A DNA stretch of 64,000 nucleotides from a virus (Duplodnaviria; Caudoviricetes): IMG/VR virus record IMGVR_UViG_3300011008_002687, positions 32,001 through 96,000 of that record. The stretch is one strand, 5' to 3'. Positions 36,459-47,066 of this stretch are shown here, in pieces. The translations under genes and the position numbers were made by a program. Every line of letters starts with the position of its first letter. Positions within the stretch are counted from its first letter, which is position 1. Below the pieces are notes generated by a model, which was not told the origin of the DNA, searched no databases, and saw only the letters and a program-made list of their open reading frames with translations.

Positions 36459-36913
36459 ACCATCCTTTCCATGTATTTCTTGATCTTCGCTTCCAGCACC
36501 TGTGGCGCTATCTGCTGGATCTCCTGTTCAGAAATCGTCATCATGAACCGTCCAGGCACCCAGCCTTTATGGTTGGCCGTTCTGTGACCATATTCCACAT
36601 AGCTGGCATATTCCACGGGGTTCACAATTTCAATCACGTACTTGGTGCCAATGTGCTGCACGTCCATGGCCGCCGCATAAGCGGCAGCGCCTTCACGCTT
36701 TCCGGCAGTCCACCCACGTCTAAGTGTTCCACCCTTCTTTCCGGATGACTTCGGATACTGGCCAACCGGTGTCCTTTTGATAACCTGTCTAAGCAGCCTT
36801 GCCGCCAGTTCTTTTGCACAGGATTCCAGGAAGGCATCCGGATCCGGCAGGGTTTTCAGTTTCCTTTCAAACTCTTTCAGTTCACGGATGTCCAACCTTC
36901 CGAACTTTGCCAT
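36455..36913 (-). CDS. HK97 gp10-family protein
   Basis: RTPVG, GGTLRRGW, YASYVEYGHR. Confidence 0.88.
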   Translation of the reverse strand: MAKFGRLDIRELKEFERKLKTLPDPDAFLESCAKELAARLLRQVIKRTPVGQYPKSSGKKGGTLRRGWTAGKREGAAAYAAAMDVQHIGTKYVIEIVNPVEYASYVEYGHRTANHKGWVPGRFMMTISEQEIQQIAPQVLEAKIKKYMERMV

Positions 36914-37303
36914 TTATGCCCACTTTTCAAACAGATCCAGCACTATTTCCTGATGTGTGTCATAGACAGCTGATTTTCCGCTGTGGGTGTACACGTTGGT
37001 CACACCTGCCTGTGTCACAGTGATCTTGGATCCAGGCTTGATCTGAAGATCAGGGCTGATGAACAGTTTTGTGGTCTGTACAATACTGGCAGCTGATGCT
37101 GACTGTTCACCAGCTGCTTTTCCCTCAATGGACAGATGACACGGCTGATCCGTCAGAACGACAACTTCACCGTGTCCTGTCAACTTGGTTTCTGCATTCT
37201 TTGTCTTCTGCCACTCTGACACTGTTGCCAGCCCGTCATAGTGGTATTCCTCATAAGCTGCCCTGGCTGCCGCTCTTGCAGCCGTCACGTTGGCATTCAC
37301 CAC
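36914..37303 (-). CDS. Head closure protein
   Basis: PCHLS, KLFISP...IKPGSKITV, YDTHQEI. Confidence 0.7.
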   Translation of the reverse strand: MVNANVTAARAAARAAYEEYHYDGLATVSEWQKTKNAETKLTGHGEVVVLTDQPCHLSIEGKAAGEQSASAASIVQTTKLFISPDLQIKPGSKITVTQAGVTNVYTHSGKSAVYDTHQEIVLDLFEKWA

Positions 37304-37722
37304 TTCACCTTCCTGTGATTGTACAGTTCATGCTTTCCGTAGGACAGCAGATAGCGGATAAATGCATCAAGCCGCTGTTCATCAGTCTGGGATCCTTCCC
37401 CGGTGCCAAACACCGTGGTAGTGTCACCAGTTGTTACCTGCTTCACAGCGGCATCCAAGTTCAGACCAGTCAGATCATTGGGGGCAAAGGTTTTCTTCTG
37501 CTGAAGGAATTCACCGGCAGCCATGTCAGCAACAATGTACTTCAGGGCTTCAGGGATGTCTTCAGGATTATTCCGGAAATTGCAGAAATTGCAGACGTAT
37601 TCAGTTGTTTTTCCGATCAGGTAGGACAGCAGGCTGTTGTCTGCTTCCGTCACTGTGTATCCAAAAGTCAACAACCGCATGGTCACCAGTGTATTCAGTT
37701 CTGTTTGTGTCATACGGTTCAC
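37297..37722 (-). CDS. Head-tail connector protein
   Basis: NFCN..DIPEAL, GDTTTVF; follows capsid gene. Confidence 0.72.
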   Translation of the reverse strand: MNRMTQTELNTLVTMRLLTFGYTVTEADNSLLSYLIGKTTEYVCNFCNFRNNPEDIPEALKYIVADMAAGEFLQQKKTFAPNDLTGLNLDAAVKQVTTGDTTTVFGTGEGSQTDEQRLDAFIRYLLSYGKHELYNHRKVKW

Positions 37723-37735
37723 CGCCTTTCAGATA

Positions 37736-38734
37736 TTAAGCAATCTTATGCTTGAATGCCACAATCCTGATCTGCTTCGGCTCATAGACACGAAGCCAGT
37801 TTTCAGCGTTGGCCAGTTCAGATTCCAACGGGGTTTCCACGTTAGTTCTGACAGCATCCGTCCACTTGATTCCACGGGGATGCATGATGAAGGTCTTCCT
37901 GTTGATCAGGTAGTCAATGCCGGATCCCATCTTCTTGTCACGGTCAATTTCAGTAGGCACGAAACCAACCGGGGAACCTTCACCAAAGGCAAGGGCACCC
38001 TGACCGAACAGGAAGGTGGTATAGACACCACCAACGGTGACCGGACAACCGTCATCAACAATGACACGTCTGTCCTGATAGGTTTCAAACTCAACGGAAT
38101 TGCTGTCCCGTTCAGTCTGAATCAGGTTCTGCTTCTTCAGGTAGGACTTGGTGGCGCTGTGCATAGCAACGGCAGTCAGATCCTGCTGGGCATCACCCAG
38201 AAGCTGAAGCGCATCAATGAAGGCAGAAGCGCTGATCTTGGCAGCCGCACCGGATCCACCGGAAATGTCCAGGATGTGGTCAGACAGGGGTGTAACCTGC
38301 TGGGACTGGGAATTCGTGTAGGTGCCGAAGACACCGCCAAGGATCTTGATCAGGATCCGCTGATACTCACGTGCCCAGTATGCAGCCACCTTGTCACCGA
38401 TTTCCTTCATGGGATCAGCACCGGCCAGGGCGGCAGCCAGGTCAGTGGCAGCCCACATGTTGGCCTTGCGGATGGTGGTGGACACGTCCTTGTTGGACGT
38501 GATCTTCTTGGCCGTCAGGGACTGACCTTCCAGGACATCTTCAGATGCACCGGTCAGATCCTCAAAGAACGGCATGTTGTGGATGGGTGCCGCTTCGGAA
38601 GCCAGGGAATCAAATTCCGGACTGGAAGTGATGATCCCGGACTGGAACAAAGCGGACAGTTCCTTGGTTCTGTTGCTCACGTAGGGATTGAACAGAGCAG
38701 GAACAATGACATCAGATAAAGTTGTTACAGCCAT
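37736..38734 (-). CDS. Major capsid protein, phage B
   Basis: TTLSDVIVP..FNPY, MPFFEDL, AMHS, RVIVDDG, HPRG. Confidence 0.9.
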   Translation of the reverse strand: MAVTTLSDVIVPALFNPYVSNRTKELSALFQSGIITSSPEFDSLASEAAPIHNMPFFEDLTGASEDVLEGQSLTAKKITSNKDVSTTIRKANMWAATDLAAALAGADPMKEIGDKVAAYWAREYQRILIKILGGVFGTYTNSQSQQVTPLSDHILDISGGSGAAAKISASAFIDALQLLGDAQQDLTAVAMHSATKSYLKKQNLIQTERDSNSVEFETYQDRRVIVDDGCPVTVGGVYTTFLFGQGALAFGEGSPVGFVPTEIDRDKKMGSGIDYLINRKTFIMHPRGIKWTDAVRTNVETPLESELANAENWLRVYEPKQIRIVAFKHKIA

Positions 38735-38758
38735 TTTTATTCCTTCCTTTCATGTTGT

Positions 38759-39376
38759 TTAGATGTTCAGTGTGACACCGGCAGCAGAAGCAAGCTGTTT
38801 GGCCTGCACCGGGTTTTCCTTCAGAATTCTTCCCTGTTCAGTCAGGTTGTAGGTTTCCTTCTTCCAGGGATTGGTGGTTCCACCACCAGCGCCTGCACCA
38901 CCGGCAGGGTTGTAGTCAGCACCTTCCTTCTGCTTGAAAAGGTGTGGTGCAGATTCTTTCAGGGGTTTGACCACATCATCAATGCCAATGGGCTTCCCGT
39001 CAGCATCAAAGGTGAACTTTTCCAGACCGCCCTGCTTGTAAATCAGGTAGTCCGGATCCAGGGCACCGGCTTCAGTCAGCTTGGCCTTCAGCGCATAGGT
39101 CTTGGCCGTGTCAGCTGCATCCTTCTGAAGTTTCTTCACCTGGTCTTCATACTCTTTGATCTTGGCCTGAAGGTCAGCATTGTCCTTGGCATCCTTCTTC
39201 AGCTGGGTGATGGTGTCATTGGCCGTCTTCAACTCATTGATCTTGCTGTTGAAGTCATCCTTCGGCACCGCAAACTTGGGAAATTCCGTTTTGACAGCGT
39301 TCATGACCGCTGCCACATCCAGCTTTCCATCCGTGATCTTTGCACCTTCCAAAATCGTCTGTAACCATTCCAACAT
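38759..39376 (-). CDS. Capsid scaffolding protein (GP20-like)
   Basis: VPKDDFN, coiled coil, NPWKKETYNLTEQG. Confidence 0.82.
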   Translation of the reverse strand: MLEWLQTILEGAKITDGKLDVAAVMNAVKTEFPKFAVPKDDFNSKINELKTANDTITQLKKDAKDNADLQAKIKEYEDQVKKLQKDAADTAKTYALKAKLTEAGALDPDYLIYKQGGLEKFTFDADGKPIGIDDVVKPLKESAPHLFKQKEGADYNPAGGAGAGGGTTNPWKKETYNLTEQGRILKENPVQAKQLASAAGVTLNI

Positions 39377-39502
39377 AACTTTTACCTTTCCTTTCTTCCT
39401 GTTTTATTCCGGTTGGTTCCGGTAGATAGGTTTTTCTGCCAGTTTATTCACATAGCAAGGTGTGATGGTGGATGAACGGTTTCATGCCATGTTCAGGGCA
39501 AT

Positions 39503-39530
39503 TAAAAAGGCACCTGTTTCCAGGTGCCTT
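39503..39530 (-). terminator. Terminator after toxin-immunity pair
   Basis: AAGGCACCTG-GAAA-CAGGTGCCTT then T-run. Confidence 0.75.
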
Positions 39531-39545
39531 GATAATCAAGGATGT

Positions 39546-39764
39546 TTATTCTTCAATTTCCTTGGCATTCAGGAATGCTTCCATGTGATCCGGTGGAAAG
39601 TAGTCATCAACTTCACCGGTTTCCTTGTTCACACAGATAGGTGATTCATCCACTTCTTCATCATACGAAAAAATGAAGTATTCACCGTCATCCAGTGCTT
39701 TTCCCAGCTTCACACCTGAAGCATATTCTTCAGCCTTTTTTCTTGCCTTTTCAATGGTTATCAT
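39546..39764 (-). CDS. Probable immunity protein (Imm35/YrhB-like)
   Basis: 72 aa acidic, MITIEKARKKA...PICVNKETGEV; overlaps the MuF-toxin stop. Confidence 0.6.
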   Translation of the reverse strand: MITIEKARKKAEEYASGVKLGKALDDGEYFIFSYDEEVDESPICVNKETGEVDDYFPPDHMEAFLNAKEIEE

Positions 39765-41548
39765 TTCTGTCCCCCTAACTTATAGAAGCAGCAGTCCTGA
39801 ATCAAGGTGGTGAATTCTTTGTCATCAATTCTAAGCAGATGGGTTTTATTCACCTTGGCCAGGTCAAAATAGTTCAGGCAGTCCATGCTGCCAGTTTGCG
39901 GATCCATGAACAGGATGTCATCACCGTGAACTTCAGAAATGAAGACATGACCACCAGTGCCGCCTTTCCACTGGACACGGACAATAGACCTGGCACCGTC
40001 ACCCCATGCTTTCATCTGTTCAATGACTTTCTTTCTGACACCATCCGCTGAATTGCTGAAGCACTGAACCAGTTGATCACGGCCATTTTCATAGACATTT
40101 GCCCACCCTTTGTCATTCATCATGACAGCCAGCGGATCATTGCTGATTATTCTGGCACCGGCTTCAACGTCATATCCACGTCTTCTGGCTTCATAGGCAT
40201 TCACACAACGCTGACAGTTGTTTGTGTACTGCTTGTTCCGCTTTTTCTTGGATTCAGCATAGTGTGGGTTGACTGCCTTGATGTCCTGTTCATAGGTATG
40301 TTCACCATGAATGACCGGATACCTGTCAAGGATCTTCTGGACATCCGGATCAGCTGCTTTCTGTGCCTTGCTTCTGTCAACAGACGGATCAGGTTCTATT
40401 ATACCACCGGACTGAACCTGTTGAACAGGCTGAACTTGTTGAAGTCCTGTTTTATTGCCCTGAACAAAAGCCTTTTCCCACTGCTTATAGGTCATATTGG
40501 CAGGCACATAGTATGTCTTGCCTTTTTCATCCTTGGCAGCACGTTCACCAACCAGGCCAAAGTCATCATCAAAGGCCGGAACAGTAGTAGTCCGGCACCA
40601 TGGGTGGAAGGGTGGTGCAGTGACACCAATTTCCCATTCAGACATCTTGAACACCTTGCCATCCATGGAACGGCAGATGTCAGAAGTGATGCTGTCCAGC
40701 GTGGCCACAATTTCATACTTGTCCACGTCCAGATCCTTGAAGCAGTCATTCTGTGCCATGCTGCTGAAGTATGCTTCTTCAGTCATGACCAGCCTGCCTG
40801 CCTGTGACTTGGACACGTTCAGTCTGGTTGCTATGGCATCAATGGCCTTCTGTGGATCCTTACCCAGAATGATGTTCTGTGTCAGCGTCTGATCTATTTC
40901 ACCAATCAGCTTTTCCTTGCTGTCCCAGATCCGGGTGGAAAAGTTTCTGCCATCCACAGTCCACGGGGTGTTGATCACCCGGTCAATGTGCTTCGGATCC
41001 AGTGCAGAAAAGTCCCATCCAACACCAATGCCCTTCTGAAGTTCAAAGGCATTGTGATAGTACCCGGACTTGTAGATGTCACGCATGGCCTGATCAAAAA
41101 TGTCAGCCTGTGCACCAAACAGGACTTCCACATCCTGCTGGCACTGAACCTTCAATGCTTCCAGCCTACTGATGTGAAATCTGGCTGAAGCGTTTTCCAG
41201 TTCCTTTGCCCATTGGCCGGAAATGGCATTTTCCTGACCATAGCGGATATAGTCATTAACATCCCACTTGAATTCAGCCAGCTGCTTGGCATCCAGCATC
41301 TTTCTGGCTTCCTGAAGTGTGATTCCCTCATTGTCAGCAAAGCGCCGGTACCAGGCATCAATCTTGGCTTCAATGTCCTTCTGTGCCTGACGGTACTGTG
41401 CATCAATCTTCTGGAAGGCCTGCACACCACGGTCATGCTGTGCCTGTTCCACCTGGCCAAAACGGATCTTCCAATACTGACCATTCCGGGACAGTCTTGC
41501 AGCCTGTTCAGGTGTCAGTCCCAGCTTGATCAGATCAGAAGTCTTCAT
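39761..41548 (-). CDS. MuF minor capsid protein with C-terminal papain-fold toxin domain
   Basis: MuF motifs RLVMTE, PPFHPWCR; C-terminus NNCQRC...GHVF...DPQTG (Cys-His-Asp). Confidence 0.82.
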   Translation of the reverse strand: MKTSDLIKLGLTPEQAARLSRNGQYWKIRFGQVEQAQHDRGVQAFQKIDAQYRQAQKDIEAKIDAWYRRFADNEGITLQEARKMLDAKQLAEFKWDVNDYIRYGQENAISGQWAKELENASARFHISRLEALKVQCQQDVEVLFGAQADIFDQAMRDIYKSGYYHNAFELQKGIGVGWDFSALDPKHIDRVINTPWTVDGRNFSTRIWDSKEKLIGEIDQTLTQNIILGKDPQKAIDAIATRLNVSKSQAGRLVMTEEAYFSSMAQNDCFKDLDVDKYEIVATLDSITSDICRSMDGKVFKMSEWEIGVTAPPFHPWCRTTTVPAFDDDFGLVGERAAKDEKGKTYYVPANMTYKQWEKAFVQGNKTGLQQVQPVQQVQSGGIIEPDPSVDRSKAQKAADPDVQKILDRYPVIHGEHTYEQDIKAVNPHYAESKKKRNKQYTNNCQRCVNAYEARRRGYDVEAGARIISNDPLAVMMNDKGWANVYENGRDQLVQCFSNSADGVRKKVIEQMKAWGDGARSIVRVQWKGGTGGHVFISEVHGDDILFMDPQTGSMDCLNYFDLAKVNKTHLLRIDDKEFTTLIQDCCFYKLGGQK

Positions 41549-43053
41549 TCGGCCTTACCTTCCTTTCCTTCAGGATCCTTGCCGTCATCATCATCACCTT
41601 CACCAGGCTGTTTCTTGGTCATATTCCCAAAAGGATCATACTGCTGATTGAAGGCTTCCTGCGCTTCCTTCATCTTTTCGGCCTTTTCTTCCTTCAGCCT
41701 GTCCATTTCATCCTGGGGATTTTCCACCCACGGATGATTCCGGATGATGGTTTCATCACTGATCACACCGGCAGATACCTGTGCAATCTGTGCAAGTTCC
41801 TGATCATTCTGCACCATGGTTCTTGTCCAGGTCTGAATGATTGCATCATCCTTGATCTGAATGTTATTCACACGGCAGATACAGCGGATCAGCCGTCCGA
41901 AGGAAGGCCGGAATTCCGTTTCCATCAGGCCGGACTTCAGTTCCAGAAGGGAATACAGGAATTTCAGCGCAACACCGGAACTGTTGCCAAAATTCTGTGG
42001 ATCCGGGTCAATACCCATACCCTGTTCAAAGATGCAGCGCCGGGTGATGGTCAGCAGCTTTTCCCTGGCTTCCACCGGCAGATCAATGGTCAGGGTGGAA
42101 ACACCGGACTTGTCACCATCACCGTCAGATTCTACTTTAATGGTCTTGTAGTATTTCAGATCTGACAGGAATTCATTCAGATCTGCGCCACCATAGTTAG
42201 TCAGCACAAAGATGACTTCCTGGATGTCTTCCAGATCATTCACAAAACCAGAAAAGACCTTGGCATACACGTCAATCAGCGGTTTGATGTTCTTCAGGTC
42301 ATCCGTGTGGATGTTGTTATTGTCAAAGGCAAAGAACGGTGTTTCACCAATGTCATGCTTGAACTGATTCACCTGGCTGGACTGACCGTACACGTCAATG
42401 AACGTGAAGCAGTTATAGGGAAGCAGACCTTCTTCCAGTGTTTCACCAGCAGGCAGATAGTAGGCTTCACATTCTGTATCATTCCACAGTTCATAGACAT
42501 CAAATTCCTTGCCGGTGTCATCATCAATTTCATGGTATGTCCGAAGGACACCCATCAGATGCCGGTCAAGGGATTTTGTCCAGATGGGAAAGACCTGTTC
42601 AGAAGGAACCACGGCATACTTATAGCTGTTGTCATCCCTACTGAACCAGACGTGGATCCAGCCGGTCTTCTTATTGGATGCTTCCACACACAGATCCTTG
42701 CACACCTTCGGATACTTGTCACCCAGGAAGGCAGTCAAGGCCTTATTTGCCTGTTCAGCACCAATGTCAAAGACGGGTGGTGCCGTGAACATATAGCTGG
42801 CCTTTTGGTTGACCAGCAGTCCATGGAAGTTGAAGGGGATCCGGTTGTCAGCGTTCCGCATTGGTGCAGCCACGTCCCTGGTGACCAGATTGCCTTCATT
42901 ATCCTTCACGGTTTCTTCTTTGACCTTCTTCGGTTCAAACAGGATGTCCGTTTCATTCCGGTAGTACCGTTCAGCTATCATGGATTCATGCACATAGCTT
43001 TCACGTCTTCCGGAATACTTCTGTATGATCTTTTTTACAATTTCCAATTCCAT
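41545..43053 (-). CDS. Portal protein (SPP1 family)
   Basis: NFHGLLVNQKASY, LIDVY, GNSSGVALKFLY, HPWV. Confidence 0.9.
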   Translation of the reverse strand: MELEIVKKIIQKYSGRRESYVHESMIAERYYRNETDILFEPKKVKEETVKDNEGNLVTRDVAAPMRNADNRIPFNFHGLLVNQKASYMFTAPPVFDIGAEQANKALTAFLGDKYPKVCKDLCVEASNKKTGWIHVWFSRDDNSYKYAVVPSEQVFPIWTKSLDRHLMGVLRTYHEIDDDTGKEFDVYELWNDTECEAYYLPAGETLEEGLLPYNCFTFIDVYGQSSQVNQFKHDIGETPFFAFDNNNIHTDDLKNIKPLIDVYAKVFSGFVNDLEDIQEVIFVLTNYGGADLNEFLSDLKYYKTIKVESDGDGDKSGVSTLTIDLPVEAREKLLTITRRCIFEQGMGIDPDPQNFGNSSGVALKFLYSLLELKSGLMETEFRPSFGRLIRCICRVNNIQIKDDAIIQTWTRTMVQNDQELAQIAQVSAGVISDETIIRNHPWVENPQDEMDRLKEEKAEKMKEAQEAFNQQYDPFGNMTKKQPGEGDDDDGKDPEGKEGKAE

Positions 43054-43063
43054 ATTGAATCAC

Positions 43064-44341
43064 CTACTTCATGACGGATAACCCTGAAGGCTTCCGGATT
43101 ATTGTGTATGCAAAGTATCTGCTGCTGTCCATGGCATGGTCAAATTTCTTGACCGGCTTGTCTTCACCACGTTCAGCGGCCTTTTCATCCCAAACATAGG
43201 ATGCAAATTCCTGAATGGTCATTTTGCAGTCTGAACTGAACTTCACTGAACCGTTCAGCAGCAGTGAAGCAAGGAACCGGATACCGTCAAGCACGTCATT
43301 CCTGGCCTTCTTGATGCTGTACCCACGTTTCTTCAGTTCCGCAATAAAAGAAGCAGCTGACGGATCCACCACTATTTTCTGTGGTTTGATGCCGTCCAGC
43401 CACTTCTGAAGGTCATTGGCATATTCAGTATCAGTTTTCTGCTGTTCAGTGTCCCTGCCGGAATAGTAGTATTCACGGCAGCAGTACCATTTCTTGTCCT
43501 GGCCTTGTCCCCACAGAAGGAATACCGTGGCATTCTGTGTGCCGTAGTCACAGGACACGTGCCAGGTGTTTGGAATGATTGCCGGTATCTGATCAGGCTG
43601 CACCACGTGCTTGGCCGGATCAAACATGTCATAGATCAGACCTTCAGCCATCACCCACAGACCAAGGATGTACCGCTTGAAGAACACACCACGGTACATG
43701 TTCCTGTACCGTTCCTTGATCTTTTCGGACAGTGACAGGTTGTCATCCATGGTGAAGTGCAGGTATATGACGTTCTTTTCCTTGCGCTGGTCAATCCATT
43801 CCTGCTTGAACCAGTGATATGGTGATCCAGGGTTGCAGTTGAACCAATACTTGGATCCGTCCACGGAACAGCGACCTGTGGCCTGTTCCACAAAGGACTT
43901 CGGCATCAGTGCCACTTCATCAAAGAATGCACCTGCTGCCGTAATACCCTGAACCAGATCCTGTGAACCTTCATCCTTGCCGCCGAAGATGTAAAATTCA
44001 TTGGTGATCTTCCCACGGTGGATCACCAGCACATTGTCAGTCCTTCGGTCTTCAAACGTATAGCCACGGCTTGTCAGCATCTGCTTCAGCGGCTTAATGA
44101 CGTTTCTTCGGCAGGATCCCACGGTCTTGCCTGCAATGATGAAGTTTTCCCCATTGAACGTGGACATTGCCCACATCACGTAGGACAGGGACATGCAGAC
44201 GGTCTTGCCGGATCTGATAGCACCGTCTGCTATAATGCCATCATAATCCTTGACGGGGGATGAAAGACACCACCAGTTCAGGATCTGACGCTGTTTCCTG
44301 CTGAATGGTTTGAACTTGAATGAACTAATCTTCATAGTCAT
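43064..44341 (-). CDS. Terminase large subunit (PBSX family)
   Basis: DGAIRSGKT, FFDEVAL, NCNP, DYGTQN, DHAMD. Confidence 0.94.
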   Translation of the reverse strand: MTMKISSFKFKPFSRKQRQILNWWCLSSPVKDYDGIIADGAIRSGKTVCMSLSYVMWAMSTFNGENFIIAGKTVGSCRRNVIKPLKQMLTSRGYTFEDRRTDNVLVIHRGKITNEFYIFGGKDEGSQDLVQGITAAGAFFDEVALMPKSFVEQATGRCSVDGSKYWFNCNPGSPYHWFKQEWIDQRKEKNVIYLHFTMDDNLSLSEKIKERYRNMYRGVFFKRYILGLWVMAEGLIYDMFDPAKHVVQPDQIPAIIPNTWHVSCDYGTQNATVFLLWGQGQDKKWYCCREYYYSGRDTEQQKTDTEYANDLQKWLDGIKPQKIVVDPSAASFIAELKKRGYSIKKARNDVLDGIRFLASLLLNGSVKFSSDCKMTIQEFASYVWDEKAAERGEDKPVKKFDHAMDSSRYFAYTIIRKPSGLSVMK

Positions 44342-45146
44342 CCCAGTCTGAAGCTGTTGACCTGTTCAGGGCATCCAGGAAACCATCATCTTCCGGTTCA
44401 GCAGGATCACCGGAAGACTTCTGCTTCAATGCCTGGATCCGTGCCTTCTGTTCTTCAGTGGCCAGATCCATGTGGTCAGCCAGCCAGTCAAGTGCCTTCT
44501 GTCTATCTGGCAACTTGATCTTGTAACCATACTGTGTTGGTGCTATCTCATTGATCAGGGTGCCGTCTACTTCATCCAGGTCACGGATCCGGATGACCTG
44601 TCCTTCATCATCTTGGATGACATCCAGATAATCAGTGATATCATTGAAGGCAATGTCCAGGTACTTCTGGAAGATGTCTTCTTCCTTCAGCAGTTCCCTG
44701 GTCATCTTGGCTTGTTTCAGTTCATTGATGGTCTGAACTATTTCAGCTTTTTTCAGCAGACGGCCAGCGTTTGTGGCTGCCGTCCAATAATCACAGCCAT
44801 ATGCCTTCATATATGACTTTGTTGCATTGAATGACCTGACGTAATAAGTGCAGAAAAGCCTTTGTTTTTCAGTCAATTCAGGGTTTTCACATACAACTTG
44901 GACTTCAACGGCAACAGATTCCTTCTTCTGTCTTTCCCTTCTGGGTTTTCTGTTTGCAACATTTGCAACGGTCTTTTCCGTTGCATTTGTTCCGTTGCAT
45001 TCGTTGCATTCCCACTTACCACGGTTTTTCCATGACCGGACTGTGCTTTCCGGAACCTGAAGCAGGTCAGCAATGTCTTTCAGGGAATGCCCTTGCCTAT
45101 ATAACTGAAGGGCATCCGCTGTTTTTGCGTTCTTTGCCCTTGGCAA
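44325..45146 (-). CDS. Terminase small subunit, phage B
   Basis: HTH (TVRSWKNR), LTEKQRLFC..Y...NATKSY, KLPDRQKAL; TTG start inferred. Confidence 0.85.
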   Translation of the reverse strand: MPRAKNAKTADALQLYRQGHSLKDIADLLQVPESTVRSWKNRGKWECNECNGTNATEKTVANVANRKPRRERQKKESVAVEVQVVCENPELTEKQRLFCTYYVRSFNATKSYMKAYGCDYWTAATNAGRLLKKAEIVQTINELKQAKMTRELLKEEDIFQKYLDIAFNDITDYLDVIQDDEGQVIRIRDLDEVDGTLINEIAPTQYGYKIKLPDRQKALDWLADHMDLATEEQKARIQALKQKSSGDPAEPEDDGFLDALNRSTASDWDDYED

Positions 45147-45292
45147 GAGATCACCCACTTTCTTATCTCCACAAACAAAGTAGCTGCCGAAGGCAGGAGA
45201 TTTTAGCACCCTTCGGCAGCCCGGTCAGTCTATTTTGCAGTGTGCAAATTTGCACGGTATCAGTATAACACAGGTGAATGTGGCATTGTGTG

Positions 45293-45748
45293 TCAACTTT
45301 TCAGATCACCCTTCAGATCATCATGGTATGTCCGTTCAAAATCAAGCAGGGCATAACCGTGAAGCCTTCTGGTGTGGTCATAGCTGAAGTTCATTTCCAC
45401 GCTGATGACTTCAAGCCGCTTGAATTCAACATACCTTTTGTAAAGCAGCTTCATGTGGTTCACGTTCTTGATGCCGTGGATCTGATTGATGATCCTGTTC
45501 TTCAGGTCAACGTACCTGTCAATGTCAGCATTTACTTCATTTTCAAGGTCAATGTACTTGATGATCTTGTTGGTTCCTGCATCAGCTGACACGGAAGTCT
45601 GAACTGGATCCTTGTCATAGCGGATCCCCATTCCCCCACCCATTGCCATTTCCCTTAATTCATCAACCTGTGACACCTTCTGATTGATCATTTCATTCAG
45701 CAGTTCAAGCTGCTTCAAATACTCTTTTGCAGTCATTTCTTCACCCAT
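45293..45748 (-). CDS. Late transcriptional activator (ArpU/RinA-like)
   Basis: MTAKEYL, LLYKRY...ISVEMNFSY...LHGYAL; position upstream of terS. Confidence 0.75.
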   Translation of the reverse strand: MGEEMTAKEYLKQLELLNEMINQKVSQVDELREMAMGGGMGIRYDKDPVQTSVSADAGTNKIIKYIDLENEVNADIDRYVDLKNRIINQIHGIKNVNHMKLLYKRYVEFKRLEVISVEMNFSYDHTRRLHGYALLDFERTYHDDLKGDLKS

Positions 45749-45762
45749 TATCTTTCCTTTCC

Positions 45763-46084
45763 GGTACCGGTTCAGGTACCACTTAACTTTTTTATCCGTT
45801 ACCGCCTTCAGGCCTTATGTATCAACGGTTTTCAGAAAAGGTAACGGTTGGTTACGGTTAAAGTGCCCACTCTACTATATATTTTCTTTTTTATTTTTTC
45901 TTTCAGACGGTTTAGATTGATAATTTTTTTAATTTCAGATAAAAAGATGATTTAACCGTTACCAACCGTTACCGCCTTATATTTCAAGGGTTTTAACCGT
46001 TACCTTCAACTGTTACCAACTATGTCCGCAACCGTTACCAAGTCCATTTTTCAGTCAACTACCAGTCAACTACCAGTCAACTAT
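45763..46084. repeat. Iteron array 1, probable replication origin
   Basis: GGTWACGGTT x2, AT-rich core, AACCGTTACC x4 plus one variant, CAGTCAACTA x3. Confidence 0.75.
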
Positions 46085-46099
46085 TCCGAAAAACCACCA

Positions 46100-46411
46100 T
46101 CAACCACCACGGGTTTTCTTTCCGAAGATCAGGTCATTGGTTTCCTGAAGTGATACCTGCCGGATCCGTTCCAGTTCACCTGCATCCATGCACAGCAGAT
46201 ACTTCAGTTCGTCAATCATGATGCCGACATCCACCAGTTCCTTCTTCAGCATGGCCATGGCATCTTCATATGTACAGGCAGGGCGCTTGCCACGGCCACC
46301 GGCACGAAGAACCTTGTTGCAGGCCTGAATCAGTTCACCGCATTCTTCCATGGTCTGTGTCAGGCAGTTTTCAGTGCCAAACAGCTTGGCATTCTGTTCA
46401 AGTATGCTCAT
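46100..46411 (-). CDS. MazG-like NTP pyrophosphohydrolase
   Basis: QTMEECGELIQA..K, KELVDV motifs. Confidence 0.7.
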   Translation of the reverse strand: MSILEQNAKLFGTENCLTQTMEECGELIQACNKVLRAGGRGKRPACTYEDAMAMLKKELVDVGIMIDELKYLLCMDAGELERIRQVSLQETNDLIFGKKTRGG

Positions 46412-46615
46412 TTCCTCTATCCTTTCTATCCATAGAAACATTCCATTTCTGAAAATACAGACATCAGCCATTTTTCCATTCCCTTCTGAAGTATTTTCTG
46501 ATCCAGTCCACCATGGCATTCCAGTGATAGTGAATCATGGTCTTGTAGAACTGCTTTTCCTTCTGCTGACTTCGCCACTGTGTCAGCCATTCAAGCTGAT
46601 CTTCATCATCCTGTT

Positions 46616-46834
46616 TCATTTGTATTCCCTTCCTGACTTCACGTCCCTGATCTGGATCCGGGTGATCAGTTCACAGCCAGACTGCCGGATGATGAACTTC
46701 AGCACCTTGATCAGTTCATTCACACGCTTGTCCGCTTCGGATTCTTCCCGGATGATTTCCCTTGTCCCATAGTAGGCTGTAGGATCCGCATATCCTTCAG
46801 CGTTCTTCCTTGGATCCTTGTTCATAGTTTTCAT
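46616..46834 (-). CDS. Conserved phage hypothetical protein
   Basis: KNAEGYADPTA motif. Confidence 0.6.
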   Translation of the reverse strand: MKTMNKDPRKNAEGYADPTAYYGTREIIREESEADKRVNELIKVLKFIIRQSGCELITRIQIRDVKSGREYK

Positions 46835-47066
46835 TCTCCATAGTCATGGTGAAGGTGCCGTCACCGTTGTCATTCATCTTTGCCTTTCCAGACAGAATCA
46901 GTGGATAATAAGAAACTACAACCACTATCTTTCTGTGAATCAGCAGTTTCAGAATGCCCTTCCAGCCAAGTTTGATGGTTGCCCTATCCAGGTTCCGTTT
47001 TGTGTTTCTCTGTGCCTTGACCACAATGACCGGCACGGCCATGATTTTAGTCCACCACTTTTTCAT
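46797..47066 (-). CDS. Hypothetical protein
   Basis: ORF overlapping both neighbours. Confidence 0.45.
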   Translation of the reverse strand: MKKWWTKIMAVPVIVVKAQRNTKRNLDRATIKLGWKGILKLLIHRKIVVVVSYYPLILSGKAKMNDNGDGTFTMTMENENYEQGSKEER

